Notes under the pieces: generated by a model
What the model was told of the DNA's origin: nothing
Seen by the model: only the letters and a program-made list of their open reading frames with translations
The model's database searches: none
Program-made: the position numbers and the translations under genes
Shown here: piece by piece, positions 46,944-58,800 of the stretch
Layout: each line of letters starts with the position of its first letter
Numbering within the stretch: the first letter of the stretch is position 1
IMG/VR virus record: IMGVR_UViG_3300023174_000048
Location: 96,001 to 160,000 of that record
DNA: 64,000 bases
Direction: 5' to 3' (one strand)
Origin: a virus
Taxonomy: Duplodnaviria > Caudoviricetes

Positions 46944-49420
46944 ACTCCTGTAAATAATACTGTTCCGAAATCCCAGTTGCTTAATTGATCTGTTTGTTGT
47001 TGAGAAACAGCATCAGGATCATCTTCTGGTAGAACATTACCAGAACTATAAATATAAGAAAAAGCGCTTTGACCAAAAGAGTTCCATGCTGATATTCTAT
47101 AATAATAATTTATTTTAGATGTTGTGCCAGTAATTGTTTCTGTAGTATTAGTTATTAATTGATCAAGAGCGGAAACTGCAGGATCATAACTTGGATAATA
47201 TTGCCAAGTTAATCCATTATCAGATGATTCTTCTATTGAAAAACCCAATAAATTGGAAGATCCATTTTGTCCAGCGACCCAAGATAGTCTTATATCTGAA
47301 TATTCACTATTATCAAATGTCCTTACTTGGGTTAGGCCATATGGGGCTTTTGGAACAGATAATCCTGGAATTATTGTTGAAGAAGCATTGGAATATTCTC
47401 CTATTCCGATAGCATTTTGAGCAGCAACTCTAAATAGGTATGAGGTCAATGGTGACAACCCAATTATAGTAGCTTTATTAGAATATGCATTTGCTCTATT
47501 TATATAAAAATTATTATCATTGGGAATATCTGTCCATGTTGATCCGCCATTAGTAGAAAATTGTATTAGATAATTTATGATCTGACTATTGCCATCACTT
47601 TCTGGAATAGTCCAAGATATAGAGGATTCAGCATTTCCTGACCCATTATTATCAGGGTCTAGTATCACGCCAGATGGTTTACCAGGTATTGTTGGATTAG
47701 TCTTTGGTACTCTTGATATTATTTTACCATTTTTATCAATAGTTAATAAAGCATTAGTTATATATTTATTACTATTATTTGATAATGGAGATGGTCTTAA
47801 ATAAATATCTTCAGCAATAATATTAGGACTATAAGTTGTTCTGTTAACTGTTAAATCAGCATAGTCATAAATATATCCTGTTATCGTCACCTCTCCGATT
47901 TTATAGGTTCCAGTTGGTAGTGAACTTATAACATATGCGCCGCTGGTATTAATAGAAACTTTTGCTCTAGTATCATAACTCCATCCTGAAGGATTTACTT
48001 TTTCTCTGTCTAAATACTTTGTGAAGTATACTCCAGAAGCTGGAGATCCGCTAGCTGCGTTTGGTATATTAGCATCTATTTTAAATGCAGGAACTAAACC
48101 AGAGGGAATATTATTTGTATTTAGTCCAAAAATATTTTCATCATAGTTTCCATATCTTGTTTTTCTTTGTCCATAAACAAGGAAGTCTATATTTTCACCA
48201 AGCATATTAAATGCCGTATAAGTATCTGGTCTTATACTGATACTATTAAGTGTACTTGGTTTAAATTTTAATTGACTAGCTGGTAGTTCTTCTTGTATAC
48301 AACTATATTGGTTCTTTGCAGTTCTTCCCAACTGCATGTCCATATATGCTCCCTTAGTAACAGAGAAAGCATAACCATTGCCTGAGTATGAAGTACCACC
48401 GGACCAAGGTTTTGGAGTACAAATTTTAATAGCTAATCCTTGCACTGTTTGATCAGGCTCTCCATCAGGATCGACAAAATCAACATCAAAATATAAATCA
48501 CTTAATGGAGTAATTAAATCAATAGAGTCTTGTTCAGCACCGTATCTAACTTCTGCTGCAAATTTTACAAATGTAATTTCTCTAGTATCATTACGCACCA
48601 ATTCAATAGTATCAAAACCCACCCCAAATTCTGCTTCTAATATATCTTGCGTTAATGCTGTTGAGCTTATGCTAGCATCTGCCCATTTGGGTTTATTTAC
48701 ATAAAATATAATTCTACCATCCTCAATCTTGATGGGTCTCTTTGAGAACCTATTCCACAAAACACCGTCCGCATTAAGATAGACTGCGGGAGACCATTGT
48801 GCGGGTTGGTCTTTTCCCATGTGTGTTAAAATATTCCCCTTATATCCTTCAAAATTTGGAGCTATTTGTACTCCTTCTGCTAATTTTGTTAAGGCATTGA
48901 TTGTAACGGTTGCTGGGATTTCTGTACCATCAATAGTTGCAGATGGAACGTACTCTATCTCTGGGAATGCTTTTATTTCATGAGTATTAGGATTATCAAA
49001 ATTTCCAGAACTAATATAAAGAGGTCCATATGGCTGGTTTGGCATTGTTAGAGCATTTAATCCAGTATTAAAAATTAATTTATTTCCAGGAATTGCTGCT
49101 AAGTCATTGTCTCCGGATCTGTATATCAACGATCCATCAGATCCAGGATAAGAAGGTACTATATTACCACTAGAGTCTATTTTACTCATGTTTTGATATA
49201 ACAGGTTTTTAGATCTTAACCCACTAGTATCAACATACCCTTGAGATACTAACTGAATACCACTTGCTCCAACAAGCCACATATTTCCACTAGCAGCCAA
49301 TTGGATGTTCTTATCTCCCAGGATATTATAATATTTTCCATCTATTTTTTTATTTCCGGTGTTAATACTAACTCCGGGCCAGCCGCTAGGTCCAATAATT
49401 GTATACCAGGGATTACTCAT
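46931..49420 (-). CDS. Tail fibre-like protein with two C-terminal fibronectin type III domains
   Basis: PGKPSGV...ISWTIPESDGNSQIINYLIQFS...YLFRVAAQNAIG and PKAPYGL...LSW...YYYRISAWNSFG. Confidence 0.8.
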   Translation of the reverse strand: MSNPWYTIIGPSGWPGVSINTGNKKIDGKYYNILGDKNIQLAASGNMWLVGASGIQLVSQGYVDTSGLRSKNLLYQNMSKIDSSGNIVPSYPGSDGSLIYRSGDNDLAAIPGNKLIFNTGLNALTMPNQPYGPLYISSGNFDNPNTHEIKAFPEIEYVPSATIDGTEIPATVTINALTKLAEGVQIAPNFEGYKGNILTHMGKDQPAQWSPAVYLNADGVLWNRFSKRPIKIEDGRIIFYVNKPKWADASISSTALTQDILEAEFGVGFDTIELVRNDTREITFVKFAAEVRYGAEQDSIDLITPLSDLYFDVDFVDPDGEPDQTVQGLAIKICTPKPWSGGTSYSGNGYAFSVTKGAYMDMQLGRTAKNQYSCIQEELPASQLKFKPSTLNSISIRPDTYTAFNMLGENIDFLVYGQRKTRYGNYDENIFGLNTNNIPSGLVPAFKIDANIPNAASGSPASGVYFTKYLDREKVNPSGWSYDTRAKVSINTSGAYVISSLPTGTYKIGEVTITGYIYDYADLTVNRTTYSPNIIAEDIYLRPSPLSNNSNKYITNALLTIDKNGKIISRVPKTNPTIPGKPSGVILDPDNNGSGNAESSISWTIPESDGNSQIINYLIQFSTNGGSTWTDIPNDNNFYINRANAYSNKATIIGLSPLTSYLFRVAAQNAIGIGEYSNASSTIIPGLSVPKAPYGLTQVRTFDNSEYSDIRLSWVAGQNGSSNLLGFSIEESSDNGLTWQYYPSYDPAVSALDQLITNTTETITGTTSKINYYYRISAWNSFGQSAFSYIYSSGNVLPEDDPDAVSQQQTDQLSNWDFGTVLFTGVCSV

Positions 49421-49436
49421 GATTAATTTCCTCTAT

Positions 49437-52400
49437 TTAATTAAACCATCCAGGACCATTATTATTTGTATCACACCACCAAGGAATCTCATTATATGAT
49501 AGAGTGTTATCGGAACATAGCGAGATAGTATCTTCATCTAATCTTAATGGCTTAGCATTAAATGAACAACCAGCAGATATGCAACTCGCAACAGAGCCAA
49601 AAACAGAAGCATAAGGATTATTATATTGGGTTAATAGATTTATTGATGGAGATACTGTGGTTGTCCCTTGTGATGTAGGAGTATCTACCACTACTGGATC
49701 AGTTAACCCTGTAAAACTTTTTGCAGATCGTATGGTTCCGTCACCAACAACAATATGGTCAACATATAACCACCCACTAACACTAAGATTAGCATATAAT
49801 TTTGCTGCCGAACCTGTGATATCAATACCTGTAGCTATAATTTCTGGCTCACTACGCTTAATACTTACGGTAGATGTTCCTGTAAAATCGTTAGAATTAA
49901 CAGGACGATAGTAGGCTGCCTTATGCCATTCATTAAGATTGGGCAACCAATACTTTCTATACGATGACTTAACAACATTATAAGAATTACTTCCTATACT
50001 ATATATTGTATATGCTCCGACGCTTAAATTATAATCAATATCAGACTCACTTAGCGTAATACTTGCTCCATTATGTAGCCAATTAATGAATTTAATAGCA
50101 CTCAAGTAGCTAACAAAAACTACTGGTTTATCACCCATATTTGACTTTGTACTATACTCATATCCAGCATTACTAATACGAGTAATTCCTCCTTGAGCAT
50201 TACTACTCATTCTAATGTCATATAGTTCACGATCATTAATTTTTGCTACTGCATTTAAAAATGCACAGTATTGTGTATTTGTTACTTCGTATTTACCAAT
50301 ACGATAAATATTATTTACAACACCAAGATTATTAATAACTTGTTGAGAATAAACTGTTGGAGATCCTGCTGGGTTTTTAATATAAATAGGATTTAAATCT
50401 TCTATATTTTTAGGATTATTAACTCCAACAAAAGACATATTAAGACCATTTGTACTAGAGATATAAGTCTGGTCTGTTATACCTTGTAGACTAGCAATTC
50501 TAAACCCAACATAATTATATCCTGACGCTCTAATTAAGGACTCAATACTTTTTAAAACATTAGATCCTATTATGCTGTCATTTGCTGTAGAATAAGCTCC
50601 TCCCGCAATAAATTCTATACTATCTCTAGATTCTATTGCGTCTTGTTTTTCTATCCATTCAGCAGCATTACCGTTCTGATCGTATGTTCCATAGTAAGAC
50701 GGCAATCCATTAGTGCCCACACTAGACAATAATCCAGAAAAAATATTTCTACTATTATCATATGCGTAATTTGCAGATGAATACTGGTTTGATAATCCTA
50801 CTCCTGTAATATTAATTATTGTAGAAAACATATCCGAACGACCCGTGGCAAAACCCGAATAGATTCCAGAAGGTATTAATATTCTTCCTGTATTTGCTTT
50901 AATGAATAATGCTGGATCATCTCCAAGTCCATATACTGAGAAATTAATATCTTTTTGACCAGCATTAAATGTTGTATCTACTAATGGTCTAATGCTTAAA
51001 GTATTAGAAGATGAATTTGAAATTATTCCATCATCAACACTCTTAGTCATTGTTAAATATCCACCCTTAGTTATGGAGTAAATATTAACATTTGATGTTG
51101 TATTTTGTACGATACTTTCATCAACTAAAAGTCCAACAATAGCATTGCCATTTAACTCTAAACTAATAACTCTTCTATATAAATTAGATCCATTATATGA
51201 TATTACTATTTGGTCTCCAGGAGCAAACTCATCAGAAGGAACACTATCTGCGAAAGTAATTTGTCTTAAGCAAGCTGTTGCTGTTCGTGGAGAATATTTC
51301 GTCCAGACTATGTCTCTCTCAGTTAAGAAATAGTCATCTAGAGTATATATTCCAGTAATTGCTCCGTTTGCTGTTGTGCTCAATAATTTATTTGCTGGAA
51401 CAGGAATTCTTAATGATCCTGCTGAGTCAATACTGAGTGGACTATTAATTATTTTGCCACCAGAAACCATCAATAATCCGCTAGACCCTAAATTACTAAT
51501 GGTTATATTAGACGCATCAATATTTTGTGAAGATATGTTTGTTAAATATGATGTCCCTGTGGCATATAATGAGGCAGACGAGAATGTTATGGATGATTGT
51601 GGACTAACTGTTATTTGACTGCTACCATTAGTTAATAGTAGATTACCATTATTATTAATCTGTAATCTATTTCCACTATATCCAACATATGTAGAATCTA
51701 CTGTTGTTTGTATTGTTTTTATTCCTGTGACACCAGAAACTACTGTGATATCTAATGAGCCCTTTTCTCCATAAACTGTTGTATTGACTGCTCGTGATTC
51801 TATCTGGGCATAATTTGTTTGATTGCCTGTAGAGTTTTTAGCAGAAAGGTTGATCTGGGAAACTACGCTTCCACTAGTGATGTCTGTGGATGGTTTATGA
51901 TAAAGTGTTATATTTGCTGGATAACAAGATGTTCTATTCTCTAGTCTTAGACCCTCTTGACAAACCGTATTAACAATATGAAATACTGTTGATGGTCGTG
52001 AGCCTGAGGGAATGTTGATTCCTACTCTTCCGTCATAAGAAAAAAATAAATTTTTATTTAATGATCCACTTCCATAAACTATAAAATCACTACCATTACT
52101 ATTGTTATTAACAACAAATGGATATGTGCCGCTGGTCGGTATGATAGTATCTGCGGATGATGCTGAATTTGCTCCGATAAATACTCTTTGAGACCCTGAG
52201 TCCCAATACATTTCTGCATTATTGATGTCTGCACTCATTATAGAAAAAGTATCAGAATCATTATTTAATGACTGTACGCCCATTCTTTCTGGTGTCTTAT
52301 TATTTAGTACTACCCAATCCTTCCCTGTTGACGCCAATCTTGCATAATTATTAAACGAATCTAGTGTGCATACTAGCGAACCATCCTTATCATTTATAAA

Positions 52401-52892
52401 TAATGGGTTTGATGATTCTATTAGTTTTAATTCAATAATAATATTGTTTGACTGGTCTAATGATGGAAGATTAATACTGATAGATTTTGAAGAGCAGTCT
52501 ACAAGATACAAGGCGCTTATAGGATCTAAAGATAAATCTTTATCAATAACGATTGTGTTGTTTAGTCCTTTGTCAAAAGAACTTTGATTAGCAAATACAT
52601 AAAAATCATTACCAGAAGATGGAAAATCTACTGTATTGTTATTATTAGACGATGAAATAGTCTCAATTCTTTTAACAACAATATTACCAATATTATCAAA
52701 TACTATTTCTCCAACACCAGTTTCAAATAGGCGACTATTTAAGTTTCTGGCTATGTAAGGAATTAAATATCCTACATGATTGGTATTAAGAATATTATAT
52801 GTTTTTATAGCAGATACTGGCTTAATACCGTCATTTTCTATAACGAAATTAAATCCAATATTATCAAATACTCTTATTAGTTTGTTTGACAT
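49437..52892 (-). CDS. Tail fibre-like protein with a second permuted FGE-sulfatase domain
   Basis: SYYGTYDQNGNAAEW, GFRIA, YRIGKYEVTNTQYCAFLNAVA and YWLPNLNEWHKAAYY. Confidence 0.8.
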   Translation of the reverse strand: MSNKLIRVFDNIGFNFVIENDGIKPVSAIKTYNILNTNHVGYLIPYIARNLNSRLFETGVGEIVFDNIGNIVVKRIETISSSNNNNTVDFPSSGNDFYVFANQSSFDKGLNNTIVIDKDLSLDPISALYLVDCSSKSISINLPSLDQSNNIIIELKLIESSNPLFINDKDGSLVCTLDSFNNYARLASTGKDWVVLNNKTPERMGVQSLNNDSDTFSIMSADINNAEMYWDSGSQRVFIGANSASSADTIIPTSGTYPFVVNNNSNGSDFIVYGSGSLNKNLFFSYDGRVGINIPSGSRPSTVFHIVNTVCQEGLRLENRTSCYPANITLYHKPSTDITSGSVVSQINLSAKNSTGNQTNYAQIESRAVNTTVYGEKGSLDITVVSGVTGIKTIQTTVDSTYVGYSGNRLQINNNGNLLLTNGSSQITVSPQSSITFSSASLYATGTSYLTNISSQNIDASNITISNLGSSGLLMVSGGKIINSPLSIDSAGSLRIPVPANKLLSTTANGAITGIYTLDDYFLTERDIVWTKYSPRTATACLRQITFADSVPSDEFAPGDQIVISYNGSNLYRRVISLELNGNAIVGLLVDESIVQNTTSNVNIYSITKGGYLTMTKSVDDGIISNSSSNTLSIRPLVDTTFNAGQKDINFSVYGLGDDPALFIKANTGRILIPSGIYSGFATGRSDMFSTIINITGVGLSNQYSSANYAYDNSRNIFSGLLSSVGTNGLPSYYGTYDQNGNAAEWIEKQDAIESRDSIEFIAGGAYSTANDSIIGSNVLKSIESLIRASGYNYVGFRIASLQGITDQTYISSTNGLNMSFVGVNNPKNIEDLNPIYIKNPAGSPTVYSQQVINNLGVVNNIYRIGKYEVTNTQYCAFLNAVAKINDRELYDIRMSSNAQGGITRISNAGYEYSTKSNMGDKPVVFVSYLSAIKFINWLHNGASITLSESDIDYNLSVGAYTIYSIGSNSYNVVKSSYRKYWLPNLNEWHKAAYYRPVNSNDFTGTSTVSIKRSEPEIIATGIDITGSAAKLYANLSVSGWLYVDHIVVGDGTIRSAKSFTGLTDPVVVDTPTSQGTTTVSPSINLLTQYNNPYASVFGSVASCISAGCSFNAKPLRLDEDTISLCSDNTLSYNEIPWWCDTNNNGPGWFN

Positions 52893-52895
52893 ATA

Positions 52896-55800
52896 TTAGG
52901 TTCTCATTGGGCGATTGTTTGCGGCTGAGTTTAAATTGCCTTCAAATTGGGTTCTATCGTATTTAGCTACTGTATTTTGACTTGTAATAGCTCCAGCATA
53001 ATGACCAGCACTTTCTCCAGCACTTTTTCCAGCAGCAGAAGCGTGGTTTTGTACAGAGCCTACGTCTAATCTAACCGATTGTGTACCATTTATTTCTGCT
53101 GTTAATGATGTTGGTATTTGACTAGCAGTCTCTGACCAAGTATTTGCTGAACTAGCAATTGTTTGTGAGGCACTAGAGAATGTTTGGCCGAAATTGTTTA
53201 ATGTTTCAGTACTGCTTTGTATCATTTGACTATATGTTTCCATTCCTGATTCGAGTGCGGTGCTTAGTTGGTTCATAGCCTGTCCTACTGCAGCGCTAAT
53301 ACTAGACGATATATCATTAGATACACCACTACTACCACTACTGCCGCCACTACCTCCACTAACTAATCCAGCCTCAGCATAATATTTGGGCGCAACTATT
53401 CCACCATTGGCCAAATAGTTAACAATTCCACCTCTATTGAAATGGCCACTATTTATAGCATTAAGAAGAGGCATATGTTGCTGACTAGACTCTCTGTTAA
53501 CAACAAACTCTCCAGGAGTTAGCATGGCTGGTACAGTATCTGTTCCCTGAGATAATGATGGAACTAATGCTCCATTATTAGCATATACCAAGCCGCCAGA
53601 AGCATACATCATTCTACCACCAGCAGGCTTAGGAACATTCTGTATTTGTCTTTCTCTTTCTGCTTTTTTATATTCTTGTGACTGAGTGTAGTGGTCAGGA
53701 ATAAGTCCTTGCGCCCCTAACTCTTGTGTTCTCTGTTCTATTCTTTTTGATTCTGCTGCATTATCGGCCATTTGTCTGGTTGTGGATTCTGTTTCTACAA
53801 CTAATTGTGCTGCTGCTCTTCCAGGACTAAACATGTTCTCGCCAAAATTTTGAGCATACCCTTGCTGTCTTTGTCTATCATTTTCTTTAGCATAGTCTTC
53901 TGCTGTTTTTTCTCCGCTCATTATTGCTGCTGCTTCGGATGCGTAACTGCCAGCAGCATAACCTCCATAAGCAGCAACGGCGCCAATGCCTGTTGCGGCA
54001 GCAGGACTTGAGGTTCCTAGTCCAAAAACTTTTGCTCCATGACCAACAGAGTGTGCTGTGTGTCGTGCTTCTCCGATCATATCAATTCCTTCTCCAACCA
54101 ATGTTGCTGTGTGTCCTGTACCAAAATGGGCATCAAGATTAGATCCCATTGTTCTCATATTTAATGGATTTCTTCCTCTGGTAGCAACAGCGGACAATCC
54201 TGTAGAAGCAGCATTTCCAGCCAAAGAACTAGTTGTCATACCATGATGACCATGAGAATCATGACTGTCATGATCGTCAACATGACCACCATTACCATAA
54301 TATCTTACTAGTCCACCTTTATTATATCCATGGAATTTCATTAACTTCTTTAAAATTCTTTCTGCTATTTTATTGCCTTTTACTTTTTCGATATTTTCTA
54401 CTAATGTTGTTAGTAGTTCTGATGGATTCTTTTTTATAGCCGATGAGCTGTATCCATTCTTGCTCTTGCCACCACTAATAGAAGATAATCCACTAGGATC
54501 ATCAACAAATTTTTCTATTTCTTTCATTAAGGGCGATTTCTGTAAACTTCTTTTTCCAAAAGGATCTTTTTTACTACCTTTCGTACTTTTTTGAAATAGA
54601 TGACCAAGCTCGTGTTTCACAATACTCTCATCAGCATATTGAGATCCAAAAACTAGTTTTGATTCTGCTGTTGTCATACCAACTTTACTAGAATTTGTTA
54701 CTGGTCTATTTATTCCTTTTATTTGTCTACTAGCATTGATTTTGTCTAGATCAACCGATACGGATTGTGGTGTAGATTTTTCAACAAATTCTGATAAGAA
54801 CTTATTCCTTCGTGCTGGAGTAACATAATCAGCCAAATCACTTGCTAAATTCTCCTGAACTTGTCTGAATGACACCGGGTCTGTAACATTAACTTTTGAT
54901 TTTGTGGCTGTTGTTGGCTTAACTGGTTTAGTTGGAATAGTTGGTTTAGTTGGTTTGGGTTTTACTATAGATGGTCCGGCAACTGTTGTTTTAGCTTTTC
55001 CTAACACGCTTTGGGTCGCTGTGCTATTTGGAACACCTTGATTAACAAGATCTTGAATCTGTTGATATTGTGCTGCTGTTATTTTGGGCTTAACTTGTGG
55101 ACCGGGTGTTGGCATAGTCAAATCAATATTTGATAATTTTTCATCCAATGCTCTGCTTCTTGCTGCTTTAGCTTTGGCCGCTAGTCTACCATAATTACCA
55201 TCATACTCTAATGGATTAATATCGTCTATGCTTCTGATTTTGGTGGGAGCAGACTCTGGGAATGTTACTGGCTTTGCTGGTTTTAAATTCTTATAAGAAG
55301 AAGTAGTGCCTGATCTATTAAGATTTGGTCTTGAATAACTTGGGGCAATACCTCTAACTCCTATAACATCACCCATTTGAGTAGCAACATCTTGAACGCC
55401 CTCAACAAAATTATTAACTGCCCTTCCGGCTCCACGAGCACCAGGAATTCTACCACCCAATCTTCCTGCTCCTCTGGCAGTTGATGTAATAGCTCTATCT
55501 ACTGTTCCAGCAACTCTGCCAACACTAGCAGCACCAGGTATTTTACCAGCAGCCCTACCAACACTAGAAACACCAGGTATTCTACTAGCGACCCTTCCAG
55601 CAGCCCCTGCCATTCGACCGGCAACATTAAATACTGCTCCTTCAGCATTAACTAATGCTCCTGCGCCTTGAGTGCTTCCATACGCAGTAGTTTGAGCAAA
55701 TGCTGTACCAAAGCCAGCCCAACTATCCATACCACCAGCCAGCTCCACATTTCTAGCATCATTACGTTGTAATGCTGTTTGCTCACCAGTTTGTATCGGC

Positions 55801-58800
55801 CCCATACCAGCAACAGCTTGTCCGGCTTCAACAAAACTAGTTGCTCCAGCACCCATAGCCCTTAGTCCAACATCGGCGGCCGCAGAAGTTGCTGCAGAAT
55901 AAGCTCCCTGTTGATTATTTAGTCTGTCGCTGTTTGCCGTAAATGTTCTTGCTCTTATAGCAGCAACATCTTGAGCAGCCGCTATCTCTTGAGGAGATGG
56001 CATTGGTCTGCCATTAGCTCTAGCCTCATCATACATATTTTCGGCTGTTCTGTTTCTTAAATTATTTTCGTCTCCAATTTTAAAAGCTGTATCATCTCCA
56101 GACATAGCATATCCAATACCTCCAACAATAGGAGATGCAACTGTTGCAACTGCTCCGGCAGTTATATTTGCCGCCCCATAAAGGGCGTCTCCAATACCCT
56201 GAGTTACTCCTCCAACATATCCTACTGCTGCCGTAGCAGGATTGCTACTATTTATATATAATGATGCTTGTCTATCTTCTTCGGCTTTTTGCTGTTGTGC
56301 TCTAACCTTTTCTGCCGCACTAACTTGTTGGGCCCCTTCAAATTGTGCTATCGCTTCGCTATTTGCTTGATCCTGTAATAGTTGTTCTGTTGTTGGAACC
56401 TTATAGCTTGCAACAGATTCCTTATAAGGTTTAGGCATATATGATCTTTGTTCATCTCTATATTTGTCTCTTTGCTCTTCTTTAACTTTTCCTTCGGCTA
56501 AGAATTTATTAAATTTATTATCTATTTCTGCTGTTTGAGCATCTTCTTTAGCTTTATTTCTTTCATTGATTACTTGCTGTCTTCTTTGTTTCTTATAAGC
56601 TTCTCTATTTCCTTCATCATCTCTCCATGCTCCTGATTCTAATAGTTGGTTAAATTCAACATCAAATGCTTGTTCTTGAGCTGCTATTTGTGCTCTTTTT
56701 TCTATTCCTATTTTTGTGCTAGTAATAGCACTATCTGCTTCTCTCTTTTTCTTCGTGTCGCTTGAAGTTGTAGCCGTTTGAATTGAAGAAGATAATCCTG
56801 GACTAGCAGTTATTCTATAAACATTTTGTGTTTCTGCTTTTGCTCGTATTTTTGGATCATTACTATATTCTAATGGATCTGTAGCGCCAACAGATTGATA
56901 AGAATTTATTTGACTATTCGGCATAAACAACTGATTTGGATATTTTATCATTGTCTCAGTCGCTAGTACATTCGATGGTGATCCAAGAGGAAAGTTAAAC
57001 CAATCTCTGCGTGAGCTTTCTCTATCTCTAGTTGTTTTTTGAGACTCAAACCTTGGGGTATTAGGATCTCCTCCATATGTATAATTTGTTCCAGCAACAT
57101 AATCTCCAGGCAACGATACTCTAGGACTTGGAACCATTGGACCAATATTAACGCCTAATCTTCCATCCTGATTTTTAATTTCTGGTGTTCTCAAATTAAC
57201 AGAAGTATTAGTCTGGGTTGCTTGTTGAGTTTGCTGTGCCTCATAAGCTCTATTATCGGCTATGCGATTAACCATTCCTTCTAAAGGATTTCTTGTTTGG
57301 TATTTTGGATCATTTGGATCTGGCTTTTGTAAAACCTTATTGGTAGTATAAGATGCTAATCCTGTTTGAACACCAGAAGAGACCGCAGGATCAGTTATAT
57401 CAGGTCTTGCAGTAGTATACTGCTGTCTAATTCCTGATTCGATTGCGGCATTTTGTTGGGCAGCCTGTTGCTCATTGCTTGGTCTTGAGTAGCCTTCATT
57501 TATTCTAGAGGCCGTTGCTGGATCAAGACCGCTAGGATTTACTGCGTTGCTAGTTATTGGAGGCAACGCAGCACTAAATGATAGAGCACGTAAACTTCCT
57601 CTATTTCTACGATCAGAACCTAACTCTTTTAGGGCTGATCTTTCTTCTGGTGTTATCTCATTAGACTGAGCACCTTTACGATAAGCACTATTTACTAAAG
57701 AAGAAATATTACGATCTTTTTCTACAGTATATGGACCGACCTCTCTTTTTATTTGATTAGATTTCAATGTTGCATATTCTGTTTCTTCTTCTGGACTTCT
57801 TCCTTTGCTTCCTTTCATCCACAATGATCGTCTTCGTGAGTCTTCAGATTTGATTTTTTTCTTCTCGTCAATAGCTTCTTGAGTTGGTCTAATTTTTGTT
57901 GTTGTTCCTCTGCCCCACGGAATAACATCTGCTCTTACTAAAGGAACCGGTAATGATGGTTGTATTACTGGTTGTGAAAATTCTTGTGGAGACAGCGACG
58001 TTTGAGCTATTGGAGTATTTAATGCTGCTGTTTCAGCATCGCGTGCTTTTTCAAATCTTTCTGTAGCTCTTTTCTTTTCTTCGTTAAAAAAATTAGCACC
58101 AACAATAGCAGAATTAGGATCCTCCTTTATGCTACCATATCCTGCATCGTTAGCGCTTCTGAGCTGTGCATCGTTTTCTTTATTATTATAATTATCCCAT
58201 CTATTTTGAAATTCTGGTTCATATTTTTTGGCTTCTGATTGTCTTTCATCTTCTGTCATCCCCATCCATCTACCATCGCCTACCTGAGATTGTGCCCAGC
58301 TAGATGATGTTCTAGAAACTACCTCATCAGGTCTTCCTCCAGTTGCTTCTGACATCATCCATGATTCTTTTTGAGCATCTATTCTTTCTTCTTTTCTTTT
58401 TTGTACTTCGCCACCCTGTGCTAAATAAACCACTCCGCCCTTACTATAATTTCCACTATTAATAGCTTTCAATAATGGCAAGTGTTCTGAGGTTGATCTT
58501 GCATTAATCACAAACTCGCCCGGAGTTAACATAGCAGGAACAGTATCAGTTCCTTGTGGTTGGAAATTTACTAATTGACCTTCACTAGCATAAATTAATC
58601 CTCCGCGAGCCTTCGGAGGAGCAACTGGGGCGGCAACTCCGATATTTAATGGAACTTTAGCTCCGCCAGGAGCATTAATTCTACCTTCATTCATATCATT
58701 ATTAAGCATACTAGCTTCAACAGTTGTTCTAAGATCATCTATACTAACCTTAAGGTTGGCATTTGCTGATACTAGAGCCTGCTGAGATTCTAATAAAGCC

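Noticed and set aside
42180-50710. Diversity-generating retroelement targeting the two C-type-lectin-fold domains
   Set aside because: No reverse transcriptase in the window. The two RGGS/AGGA...GFR regions (about 42180-42370 and 50480-50710) differ at all base types and in length, not only at adenines, and no non-coding template repeat was seen. A DGR elsewhere in the genome cannot be excluded.
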